From the IMG/VR virus record IMGVR_UViG_3300007214_000006: a stretch of DNA of 64,000 nucleotides; one strand, given 5' to 3'. Every line of letters begins with the position of its first letter. The stretch's first letter is position 1. Below are positions 9,047 through 17,812 of this stretch, in pieces. The position numbers were made by a program, and so were the translations under genes. This DNA comes from a virus. Lineage: Duplodnaviria; Caudoviricetes. The notes under the pieces were generated by a model. It was given only the letters and a program-made list of their open reading frames with translations. It made no database searches and was not told the DNA's origin.

Positions 9047-9835
9047 ATGATAATAATAAAACTACAAGGTGGATTGGGAAATCAGCTATTTCAATGGGCT
9101 CTTGGTAAAAGTTTATCAATAGAACTAATCTGTGAAACATATCTTGATTTATCTTTTCTTAATTTAACAATTCCAGGGATAACTAAAAGATATTTCGAAT
9201 TAGACAAATTTCCATACATTACAGAAAAACCTATTATGAATAAATATAAATATTTTAATTTTAATGTTATTAATGATGATTCATCAATTGATAATGTTAA
9301 TAAAAATATGAATTATTATCTTGATGGATATTTTCAACATAAAAAATATATTGCTATATATAATGATAATATATCAAAACTTTTACAACCGGATATAAAC
9401 AATATAAATATTGACAAATCCCTATTAGAAAAAATAATCAATACAAATAGCCTGTCTATACATGTGAGAAGAACAGATTATTTGACATCAAAAGGATTTC
9501 ATCCAGTACAGAGTATCAAATATTATAATAATGCAATTGATCAAGTTAAAAATTATGATAATATATTTATATTTTCTGATGATATTACCTGGTGCAAAAA
9601 TAATTTTATTTATGAAAATATGCATTTTATAGAAGGATTAAGCTCTACATATGACTTATGGCTCATGTCATTATGCAAAAATAATATAATTGCAAATAGT
9701 TCTTTTAGTTGGTGGGCAGCGTACCTAAATAGAAATGTAAATAAAATAATTGTAGCTCCACAAAAATGGTTTGGTTCATCGAAATCAGACAATGACAGTC
9801 TTGTAATGGATGGCTGGATTAGAATTGATTCATGA
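9047..9835 (+). CDS. alpha-1,2-fucosyltransferase-like (GT11)
   Basis: GGLGNQLFQ, HVRRTDY, IFSDDI.WC and ANSSFSWWAAYL motifs. Confidence 0.92.
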   Translation: MIIIKLQGGLGNQLFQWALGKSLSIELICETYLDLSFLNLTIPGITKRYFELDKFPYITEKPIMNKYKYFNFNVINDDSSIDNVNKNMNYYLDGYFQHKKYIAIYNDNISKLLQPDINNINIDKSLLEKIINTNSLSIHVRRTDYLTSKGFHPVQSIKYYNNAIDQVKNYDNIFIFSDDITWCKNNFIYENMHFIEGLSSTYDLWLMSLCKNNIIANSSFSWWAAYLNRNVNKIIVAPQKWFGSSKSDNDSLVMDGWIRIDS

Positions 9836-9843
9836 AAAACAGC

Positions 9844-9871
9844 TTGATTCCGCCTGACTATCTGTTATCAT
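9844..9871 (+). promoter_or_regulatory. sigma70-like promoter
   Basis: TTGATT-N16-TATCAT with a TGn extension, upstream of an AAGGAG RBS. Confidence 0.55.
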
Positions 9872-9889
9872 ATGGAAGAAGGAGATACT

Positions 9890-9979
9890 ATGTCAGAATT
9901 CGTTTTATTTTGCATATTTTGCGCCTGTGTATTGGGGTGGTTTGATGGTGGAAAAAAAATAAAAAATTATGATCAATAG
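9890..9979 (+). CDS. 29-aa hydrophobic peptide (not in ORF track)
   Basis: MSEFVLFCIFCACVLGWFDGGKKIKNYDQ, preceded by GAAGGAG; its stop overlaps the next gene. Confidence 0.55.
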   Translation: MSEFVLFCIFCACVLGWFDGGKKIKNYDQ

Positions 9980-10517
9980 ATTAAAAAATCAAAGAGTATA
10001 TCTTGCTGGTGCTATGGATAGGGCTGCAGACAGAGGGAATGGTTGGAGAGACAATATAACTCCATTTTTGGAGTCTCTGAATATTATTGTGTTTAATCCA
10101 ATAAAAAAACCATCCTTAATAGGAAAAGAAGACGAGGCAACTCATCAATTAAAAAAAATATTAAAGTCTGAATTAAAATACGATGATTTGTCTCAGCTAA
10201 TGAAAACGATTAGGTCAGTAGACCTAAGACTTGTGGATATCAGCGATTTTCTGATAGTTAATCTAGATTTAGATATACATCCATGCGGAACTTATGAAGA
10301 AATATTTTGGGCAAATAGACAAAAAAAACCGATTATAATACATATGGTACAAGGAAAACAAAATGCTCCAGATTGGTTATTTGGAACTATACCTCATCAA
10401 ATGATTTTTTCATCCTGGAATGATATCCAAAAATACCTCATTTCTATTGCAAATAATACTGATATAATTACCTATAATAGATGGCACTTTTTTACATGCA
10501 AGGAAAAAAATGAATAA
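9969..10517 (+). CDS. nucleoside 2-deoxyribosyltransferase / nucleotide N-hydrolase-like protein
   Basis: VYLAGAMD, VFNP, DL..VD.SDFLIV and GTYEEIFWA...KP motifs. Confidence 0.8.
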   Translation: MINRLKNQRVYLAGAMDRAADRGNGWRDNITPFLESLNIIVFNPIKKPSLIGKEDEATHQLKKILKSELKYDDLSQLMKTIRSVDLRLVDISDFLIVNLDLDIHPCGTYEEIFWANRQKKPIIIHMVQGKQNAPDWLFGTIPHQMIFSSWNDIQKYLISIANNTDIITYNRWHFFTCKEKNE

Positions 10518-11340
10518 GATACAAATAGAAAATCATGATTTTTATTATTTAGATTCAGATGATCCTGTAATATCTAATCTAAAAACAAAAAAACTATATG
10601 GCTTAAGCAATTATATACTATTAAAACATTTTTCTCAGAATGCACAAGGATGGATTATAGACTGCGGCGCTCACATAGGAACATTCTCTTTTGTGCCAGC
10701 TATAGAACAAAATAAAATACTGCTCATTGAAGCAGCTACTCAGAATTACGAATGCTTAGAATTAACATTTAAACATTTTACTAATGCTATTATAGAAAAA
10801 GCTATAGTATTAGATAAAAAACAGAACTGTAATTTTTCTTCAGATTATGGGCCATTTGGCTCGCCAGTATTGGAAGACTCAGGCTCTGAACAATCAACAA
10901 CAATAGATGAAATATGCAATAAACACAATATAGATTCAGTATCTATGATAAAAATAGATATTGAAGGCTTTGAAGAAGAAGCAATCATAGGCGCTCAAGA
11001 TACAATTAATAAAAATAAACCAATTATGCTATTGGAAATAAATGGACATTGCCTAAGAATTAGAAATAAAAAACCATTAAGTATTTTTCAAAAAATAGAA
11101 GATATGAATTATTTTTCATTTATTATTAATGGTAATATCTTAATACCAATAAATAAAAATGACAAATTCCCATTTTGTGTCACAGACGTTCTTTGTATCC
11201 ATAGAGATAATATTCATAAATATATTGGTTTTTGTAAAATTTCTGATCAACTATCCAATGACGATATAGAAAAAATACTAGAGCATAATTATGCACAGTC
11301 TAATGAGGATTGTAAAAAATATTTTCAAACTATAGTATAA
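10510..11340 (+). CDS. FkbM-family methyltransferase
   Basis: IDCGAHIG, LIEA, IKIDIEGFE..I.GA...I....P. Confidence 0.88.
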   Translation: MNKIQIENHDFYYLDSDDPVISNLKTKKLYGLSNYILLKHFSQNAQGWIIDCGAHIGTFSFVPAIEQNKILLIEAATQNYECLELTFKHFTNAIIEKAIVLDKKQNCNFSSDYGPFGSPVLEDSGSEQSTTIDEICNKHNIDSVSMIKIDIEGFEEEAIIGAQDTINKNKPIMLLEINGHCLRIRNKKPLSIFQKIEDMNYFSFIINGNILIPINKNDKFPFCVTDVLCIHRDNIHKYIGFCKISDQLSNDDIEKILEHNYAQSNEDCKKYFQTIV

Positions 11341-11346
11341 TAGCAC

Positions 11347-11550
11347 ATGCCAAAATATTATGTCAAATCAGGACAAATTAAATTTATAGTTGACTGTACT
11401 GATCACATATGTGCTATATTAGCTGCGCTAACTCATTATAAGGGTAAAGGTATTTTGACTGGACCAAAGATATGCGTTGGAGAGCAAGGGTTCGAAGATT
11501 TTAAAAAATGGAAATGTTATGATACGGATAAATTTTTGAAAGAAATATGA
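11347..11550 (+). CDS. hypothetical protein
   Basis: MPKYYVKSG ORF; its stop overlaps the guaC start. Confidence 0.6.
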   Translation: MPKYYVKSGQIKFIVDCTDHICAILAALTHYKGKGILTGPKICVGEQGFEDFKKWKCYDTDKFLKEI

Positions 11551-12668
11551 TGCAAAAAATAATTAACGAAATTAAGTTAGATTTTGATGATGTTCTAATA
11601 AGACCAAAAAGATCAACACTAAATAGTAGAGCAGAGGTTTGTCTTCAAAGAGAATTCAAATTTAAATATTCTCCAAGAAAATTATTAACTGTTCCTATTA
11701 TGGTTGCAAATATGGATACAGTAGGAACATTCGCTATGGCTAAATCTTTAGGTGTCCAGAGGGCTATTACTTGTCTACATAAGCATTATAAAATAAACGA
11801 ATACGTTGCATTTTATACAGATCCTAGCATAGTCAATAAAAATCTTGCATTTTATTCTATTGGAACAAGTGAAAAAGATATCATGAAAGCTGTTGATGTA
11901 TTCAACCAAATAAAAAGTTTTAAACTTGAACCTCCAAATATTTGTTTGGATGTCGCCAATGGATACACAGAACAGTTTGTAAAAACAGCATATAGACTTC
12001 GTAATTTGTTTCCCGATTCCATAATTATGGCTGGAAATGTAGTCACTCCAGAAATGACAGAAGAATTGATCATTCATGGTCAGGTAGATATAGTAAAGGT
12101 TGGTATAGGATCTGGTAGCGTGTGTACCACGCGGTTAAAAACTGGTGTGGGATACCCCCAATTGAGTGCCGTAATGGAGTGTGCGGATGCTGCACACGGT
12201 CTTGGCGGACACATTTGTTCAGATGGTGGGTGTAAAGTTGTTGGAGATGTTTGCAAGGCATTTGGAGGTAATAGTGATTTTGTTATGTTGGGCAGTATAT
12301 TTGCTGGTGTTGACGAATGTGAAGGAGAATGGAAGTACGAGTACCTTACTGCTCAAGGATTTTGGCAACCATTAAGCCCAAATGACTTGATTGATTGCAC
12401 AAAAAGAAAAGTATCTTTAAAATACTATGGTATGAGTAGTAAAAACGCTATGGATAAACACCACAATGGTATTGCACAATACAGAACATCTGAAGGTAAA
12501 TGCGTAGTAGTTCCATATAAAGGAACAGCTGAAGAAATTATTAATGATATTTATGGAGGAATACGAAGCGCTTGCACATATATTGGTGCTAATAAAATTA
12601 AAGACTTTGGGAAAAAAACAACATTCATGCAGGTAAACAATACACACAATAAAGTATACGAAAAATGA
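11547..12668 (+). CDS. guaC: GMP reductase
   Basis: KLDFDDVLIRPKRSTL.SR, VANMDTVGT, DVANGY, KVGIGSGSVCTTR..TGVGYPQLSAV.ECADAAHG, YYGMSS, SEGK. Confidence 0.95.
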   Translation: MMQKIINEIKLDFDDVLIRPKRSTLNSRAEVCLQREFKFKYSPRKLLTVPIMVANMDTVGTFAMAKSLGVQRAITCLHKHYKINEYVAFYTDPSIVNKNLAFYSIGTSEKDIMKAVDVFNQIKSFKLEPPNICLDVANGYTEQFVKTAYRLRNLFPDSIIMAGNVVTPEMTEELIIHGQVDIVKVGIGSGSVCTTRLKTGVGYPQLSAVMECADAAHGLGGHICSDGGCKVVGDVCKAFGGNSDFVMLGSIFAGVDECEGEWKYEYLTAQGFWQPLSPNDLIDCTKRKVSLKYYGMSSKNAMDKHHNGIAQYRTSEGKCVVVPYKGTAEEIINDIYGGIRSACTYIGANKIKDFGKKTTFMQVNNTHNKVYEK

Positions 12669-13726
12669 ATATAAATATTTCATGTCCTATTAATAATACG
12701 GGTTATGGATTAGCATCAATAAATATTCTCAAATCGTTATATGAAAAGGGTTCAAATATAACATATTTTCCCATAGGAAATCCGCATATTAATTCTGAGC
12801 AAGACAAAGAAATAATTGTTCAGATGTATAATAATAGATTAAAATGTGATATTTTATCTCCATATATTAAAATATGGCATCAGTTTGATTTATTGGATCA
12901 TGTGGGTAAAGGTAAATATTATGCTTTTCCTTTCTTTGAGTTAGACACATTTAACGATCAAGAAAAAATAAGTCTCAGTGTTCCCGATGTTATATTTGCT
13001 ACAAGCGAATGGGCTAAAAATATTATACAAAATAATATTTCTACTCCTACAGAGGTTATACCTCTTGGTGTTGACATATCTATTTTTGATAGTATAAAAA
13101 TACAAAAAACAAGAAAAAACGAAAAATATATTTTTCTAAATATTGGTAAATGGGAAATAAGAAAAGGTCATGACTTTATATATAAAATATTTAAAGATGC
13201 TTTTCCCAAAGAAAACGATGTGGAATTATGGGTCCTGGCTTCTGAAAAAACAAACAATTACTCTAGCGAAAATGAACTTAAAACATGGAAACAAATTTAT
13301 TCGAATGATCCAAGAATAAAATTATTTAATGGAATGAATAATCAATACGAAATTGCTGAATTAATAGCAAATTCAGACTGCGGACTTTATCCATCTAGAG
13401 CAGAAGGCTGGAATTTAGAGCTATTAGAAACAATGGCTATGAATAAACCTGTTATAGCAACAGATTATTCGGCACATACAGAATTTTGTAACAAAAATAA
13501 TTGCATGCTCATAGATATTGATGAGACAGAAAAAGCATTTGACAATAAAGCATTTGTAGGTCAGGGAAATTGGGCTAAAATAGGACCAAATCAAATAGAA
13601 CAAACTATAAATCATATGAGAAATGCTTATAATAATAGAATTGTTACTAATAATAATGGATTAATAACGGCCAATAAATACACATGGTCTAACACTGCTG
13701 ATCATATATTAAGGTGTATATCCTAA
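12665..13726 (+). CDS. glycosyltransferase family 4
   Basis: NTGYG, IPLGVD, FLNIGKWEIRKG, YPSRAEGWNLELLETMAMNKPVIATDYS. Confidence 0.9.
   Translation: MNINISCPINNTGYGLASINILKSLYEKGSNITYFPIGNPHINSEQDKEIIVQMYNNRLKCDILSPYIKIWHQFDLLDHVGKGKYYAFPFFELDTFNDQEKISLSVPDVIFATSEWAKNIIQNNISTPTEVIPLGVDISIFDSIKIQKTRKNEKYIFLNIGKWEIRKGHDFIYKIFKDAFPKENDVELWVLASEKTNNYSSENELKTWKQIYSNDPRIKLFNGMNNQYEIAELIANSDCGLYPSRAEGWNLELLETMAMNKPVIATDYSAHTEFCNKNNCMLIDIDETEKAFDNKAFVGQGNWAKIGPNQIEQTINHMRNAYNNRIVTNNNGLITANKYTWSNTADHILRCIS
13713..13722 (+). promoter_or_regulatory. candidate phage late-promoter motif (GGTGTATA)
   Basis: Copy of the recurrent motif inside the last codons of the GT4 gene, upstream of 13752. Confidence 0.35.
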
Positions 13727-13751
13727 TAACTCTAATATTATAGGAATAATT

Positions 13752-14423
13752 ATGCCAATACCAAAACCAGAAAAAAATGAAGATAGAAAAAAATTTATAT
13801 CAAGGTGTATGGGAAATGACACAATGGTTAAGGAATATCCTGATAATAAACAAAGAATTGCTATTTGTCTAGGACAGGCTTCTCTAGTGACGGCGGATAA
13901 CGATTCTGTTTTGGCTCGGGTATGTGAATCTATAGAACTGATCAGATTTATGGAAGAAGCAGATTTCGGTTTCGAAGAAGAACTAACGGCAGAAAATTTT
14001 TATGATCCAAAACAAGAAGACTATGAAGATTTAGGATACCCAGTAGAAGATATAGAAGAATTCGATATCATATTTTCTAAATTTGAATATAGAGATCCAC
14101 AAACCAATGAATTATATTACTATGACAGAAAAGGTATTTATACTAAAGATGGAAGACAACTAATTTACATAGGGAAAGCATCTGAATATCAGGGAAGGAA
14201 AGTTCAATTAAATAAACCATTCAGAACTCCAGGTGGTCCTAAAAAATTTAGCGTTTATGTCAAGAACGATAAAGGAAACGTGGTTAAAGTAAATTTTGGT
14301 GATCCAAATATGAAAATAAAGAAAAATATTCCAGAAAGACGCAAAAGCTTTAGAGCAAGACACAACTGTGATAATCCTGGTCCAAAATGGAAAGCAAGAT
14401 ATTGGTCTTGTAGAGCGTGGTAA
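13752..14423 (+). CDS. modular phage hypothetical protein (possibly head-associated)
   Basis: N-terminal MPIPKP..FISRCM module; C-terminal EYQGRKVQLNKP..KKFSVYV..VNFGDP..RRKSFRARHNC..ARYWSC module that I recognise from T4-like aquatic phages. Confidence 0.7.
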   Translation: MPIPKPEKNEDRKKFISRCMGNDTMVKEYPDNKQRIAICLGQASLVTADNDSVLARVCESIELIRFMEEADFGFEEELTAENFYDPKQEDYEDLGYPVEDIEEFDIIFSKFEYRDPQTNELYYYDRKGIYTKDGRQLIYIGKASEYQGRKVQLNKPFRTPGGPKKFSVYVKNDKGNVVKVNFGDPNMKIKKNIPERRKSFRARHNCDNPGPKWKARYWSCRAW

Positions 14424-14428
14424 ATATT

Positions 14429-14860
14429 ATGAAATCTATATCAGAATTATTACAAGAACAAGAGCAAAATAATACCGAAGTAGTTAGCACTTGTCCAGGA
14501 GCTACTCAAGATATTTCTATAAACTTATCTAATAGACAAATATGCGTTAATAAAGCAAACTACGGACCAGCTAATCCTTTGCTGGATAATCCAGATTTTT
14601 GGACAAAAAAAGCTGAATTATTCAAAACATCCATAGAAGAAGCAAAAACTATGAGATGCTATAATTGTGCTGCATTTATCAAAAAAGATAAAATTATGAA
14701 ATGTATAGAAAAAGGAATCTGCGAAGAAGATATGAATGAGGCCGCTAAAATAGTTGAACTTGCTAATCTTGGATATTGTGAATTATTCGATTTTAAATGT
14801 GCTGGCGAACGAACCTGTGATGCGTGGATTGCGGGTGGTCCTTTAACTGATGAGGTATAA
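14429..14860 (+). CDS. Cys-rich phage hypothetical protein
   Basis: CYNCAAF..CI..GYCELFDFKCA..RTCDAWI.GGP. Confidence 0.7.
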   Translation: MKSISELLQEQEQNNTEVVSTCPGATQDISINLSNRQICVNKANYGPANPLLDNPDFWTKKAELFKTSIEEAKTMRCYNCAAFIKKDKIMKCIEKGICEEDMNEAAKIVELANLGYCELFDFKCAGERTCDAWIAGGPLTDEV

Positions 14861-14862
14861 CA

Positions 14863-15333
14863 ATGGATCGTATACATGATATCTTAAATTCTGTAAATGA
14901 AACCTTAAAAAATAAAGCAGAAGAAATGGATTTTACAGAGATAGAACAGATAGAGGAGACGCCAGAAATGGAAATGATGGAATATAAAAAAGATTTCTAT
15001 GAAATGAGTCTTGGATCATTAAGAGCAATCGCTACTCATGCCAATGAAATATTAAAATCTGTGGACATGCCACATGTAAAAGAAAACTTGACAGAAAGCT
15101 GGCTACAGGGTAAAATCGCCATAACAGAGGACTACATGAGAACGATTCACGATTTTATCATGTATGTATCTGAAGCATCCGATAATATATCAGCAGCCGA
15201 TAGACCAGGACTCTGGGAAAACATAAGAAAAAAGAGAGAAAGAATGGGCAAAAAATACAAACCAGCTAAACCTGGAGATAAAGATAGACCAAATCCAGAA
15301 CAATGGAAAAAATTAACCAAAAAAGATAAGTAA
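14863..15333 (+). CDS. phage hypothetical protein
   Basis: Acidic N-terminus; C-terminal GLWENIRKKRER..KPGDKDRP motif. Confidence 0.7.
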   Translation: MDRIHDILNSVNETLKNKAEEMDFTEIEQIEETPEMEMMEYKKDFYEMSLGSLRAIATHANEILKSVDMPHVKENLTESWLQGKIAITEDYMRTIHDFIMYVSEASDNISAADRPGLWENIRKKRERMGKKYKPAKPGDKDRPNPEQWKKLTKKDK

Positions 15334-15375
15334 AACTACTTAGATTTATTTTTTATAGGACTTGAAAGGATATTA

Positions 15376-15981
15376 ATGAATACTAAATTTGATTCTCTGT
15401 CTACATATATGTCTCTAGCAAAAAAAACCATATCAAAATTTGCACCAAAATTTTATAATGGACTTGCAAAAGAAATGCTGTCTAACGAAGAAGCTGTCTC
15501 CGATGTTGCTTCAGCAATAATGTACGCAGATTGGCGGTTTGATCCAGATAGACAAGGAAAAACTGGTCTTAAAAAGACGCTCTATTCTTATAGAAACCAA
15601 TGTGCTATATGGGCAATTAAAACATATGTTACAAATAAATATAAGAACAAAAATAAAAAATCTTTGAGTTTAGATAATAACTTAAATTCTGTAGAAGAAT
15701 ATATTAACGCATATGATCTATTAGCGTCCTCTTCTGAAAAAGATCCTTTAGAAAAACTTATAGAAAAAGAAGAAAATCAAGAGATTACTAATAATATTAA
15801 CGAATTATTAACCAAAGCAAATATTTCAGAAAAACAAAAACAGCAAATTATTATGTATTATTTTAATAACCTGACACTATCAAAGATAGGTAAGCATTTC
15901 GGTGTATCTCGTGAAGCCGTAAGACAGAGTATAAAAAGAGCTATAGAAACAATAAAAACTTATGATAAAGCCTATAGTTGA
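15376..15981 (+). CDS. sigma-70-family-like transcription factor
   Basis: Region 4 HTH: EKQKQQIIMYYF..LTLSKIGKHFGVSREAVRQSIKRAI; divergent region 2; AGGA RBS. Confidence 0.8.
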   Translation: MNTKFDSLSTYMSLAKKTISKFAPKFYNGLAKEMLSNEEAVSDVASAIMYADWRFDPDRQGKTGLKKTLYSYRNQCAIWAIKTYVTNKYKNKNKKSLSLDNNLNSVEEYINAYDLLASSSEKDPLEKLIEKEENQEITNNINELLTKANISEKQKQQIIMYYFNNLTLSKIGKHFGVSREAVRQSIKRAIETIKTYDKAYS

Positions 15982-16312
15982 ACTATATTGTATTATCTTT
16001 GATAAAGAAAAACAAAAATACCAAGTGTTGTCCGAACATTCTGAAACTTTTATTGTCCTCTCCAAAGAGATAACACAAGATACAAAAAGTATTATAGACA
16101 TACTATCATCATTAATAGATAAATATATCCTTGTGTCTGCTGATTATATAAAATTTATTCATTTAGAATCGACTATATCTGATGGTAAAATTATTATTCC
16201 TTATTTTTGTTTAATACCATACAATTTAGAAATTAAGGATTGCTATAAACATTATACAGAGGATCTGATAAATGATTTTCCGATACTTAGAAAAATTACT
16301 AATATCGCATAA
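15962..16312 (+). CDS. hypothetical protein
   Basis: Overlapping operon ORF. Confidence 0.55.
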   Translation: MIKPIVELYCIIFDKEKQKYQVLSEHSETFIVLSKEITQDTKSIIDILSSLIDKYILVSADYIKFIHLESTISDGKIIIPYFCLIPYNLEIKDCYKHYTEDLINDFPILRKITNIA

Positions 16313-16679
16313 TAAACCAAGAAATGCACATAATCATGGCATTATTGGTTCTATCAATTTTTCTATATTAGATAATTATACCATAGATATAAATATTGAT
16401 TTGCCTGACATGTCTAATGCTACTCCAGCTGAAACAGCCATTTTAGCAGAAAGATATGCGGAATTTTTATTATCTATAAACCAAGGATTTCATAAAGATA
16501 CTATTTTACAAATATTGGAGTCTAAAATAAATACTCAAAATAATCAAGAATATTTATTTATAGATAATATTATTACATTTTGGAAATTATTATATGATCA
16601 ATATAAAAAAAGCAAAAAAATATATGTACAATATAACCAACCTGTAGTCAAACCATCGCAAGTTTTTAGAATACAATAG
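16272..16679 (+). CDS. hypothetical protein
   Basis: Operon ORF; ends PVVKPSQVF. Confidence 0.6.
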   Translation: MIFRYLEKLLISHNKPRNAHNHGIIGSINFSILDNYTIDINIDLPDMSNATPAETAILAERYAEFLLSINQGFHKDTILQILESKINTQNNQEYLFIDNIITFWKLLYDQYKKSKKIYVQYNQPVVKPSQVFRIQ

Positions 16680-16710
16680 AGTTATACATAAAAATGGTTT
16701 GGTCGATTAA

Positions 16711-17148
16711 ATGAGCAATATAGAAAAAAAACTTATAATGTGGGAAAAGTGGAGAGATCCTTTTGGAGAAAAGGACGATAACGAAATAGATAGTGAAGAA
16801 TATAATAATTTTTATCAAGATGAGGACGAAGAAGAATTCGAACAAACTATAAAAAATAATCTTGGACAAAAACAAATTAAAGTTATTGCTACGCCAATGG
16901 GTATAATCCCGATGAACGAAAATACAGCTAGCGGTAAAATTTTTAATTTTTGGGTTGGACATACAAATTTTGATATTACTAAACAAATTGCTGATATTAT
17001 AGAAAAAATTCGTGGAGTAGAATCTCTAGATATTTTTACTAGGTATAGATTTAGAATCGCTATTGGAAAAGCTTTTTTTGATTCTGATGTAAAAAAAGAT
17101 ATCCAGGATACAATTTACGATATTGTAGAACACGATGAAACTAAATAA
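16711..17148 (+). CDS. hypothetical protein
   Basis: WEKWRDPFG, TPMGIIP, FNFWVGHTNFDIT and TRYRFRIAIGK blocks look conserved. Confidence 0.65.
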   Translation: MSNIEKKLIMWEKWRDPFGEKDDNEIDSEEYNNFYQDEDEEEFEQTIKNNLGQKQIKVIATPMGIIPMNENTASGKIFNFWVGHTNFDITKQIADIIEKIRGVESLDIFTRYRFRIAIGKAFFDSDVKKDIQDTIYDIVEHDETK

Positions 17149-17812
17149 AGAATCATTAGATTTAGACTATATTCATAATTATAATATAGATATTAATAAT
17201 AGAGAAATTTATTTACACTCTTATCTATCGGATGGAGAAGACGAGAGTGGTGTTGATTACAGAAGTGCTGTAATGTTTGAAAAAAATCTTAGATATTTAA
17301 ATATGGTGTCTATGGACCCTATATTGGTGCATATGCATCTTCCTGGTGGAGAATGGCAAGATTGTCTGGGGATGTACGACGCAATAAAATCTTGTACATG
17401 CAATATAATTATATTGGCTTACGCTAAAGCAGAATCTTCAAGTAGTGTGCTATTACAATCTGCTGATCTGAGAATATTAATGCCAAACACTAATGTTTTA
17501 ATACATTATGGATCTTTTAGTATTAATGAGGAACACAGCAAAGCAGCAGCGAGTTCCATACAATGGAACGAACAAGAATGCGATAAGATGATAGATATAT
17601 TTACAGATAGGTGTATATCAAGTAAGATAGCAAAAGAAAAAAAGTGGAAAAAAATGATCGCAAAAAAACATATAGTTTCTCAAATAGCCAATAAATGCGA
17701 CTGGATTTTAACAGCCCCAGAAGCAGTAGACTATGGTTTTGCAGATGGTATTTTGGGATCAAAACAGTTTCCAAATATAGACTATATCAAACATTATGCT
17801 AAAAAACTATGA
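17135..17812 (+). CDS. clpP: ClpP-like serine protease
   Basis: R.IYL, I.VHMHLPGG, AKAESSSSVLLQ (Ser), ILMPNT.VLIH (His), DWILTAPEAVDYGFAD (Asp). Confidence 0.82.
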   Translation: MKLNKESLDLDYIHNYNIDINNREIYLHSYLSDGEDESGVDYRSAVMFEKNLRYLNMVSMDPILVHMHLPGGEWQDCLGMYDAIKSCTCNIIILAYAKAESSSSVLLQSADLRILMPNTNVLIHYGSFSINEEHSKAAASSIQWNEQECDKMIDIFTDRCISSKIAKEKKWKKMIAKKHIVSQIANKCDWILTAPEAVDYGFADGILGSKQFPNIDYIKHYAKKL

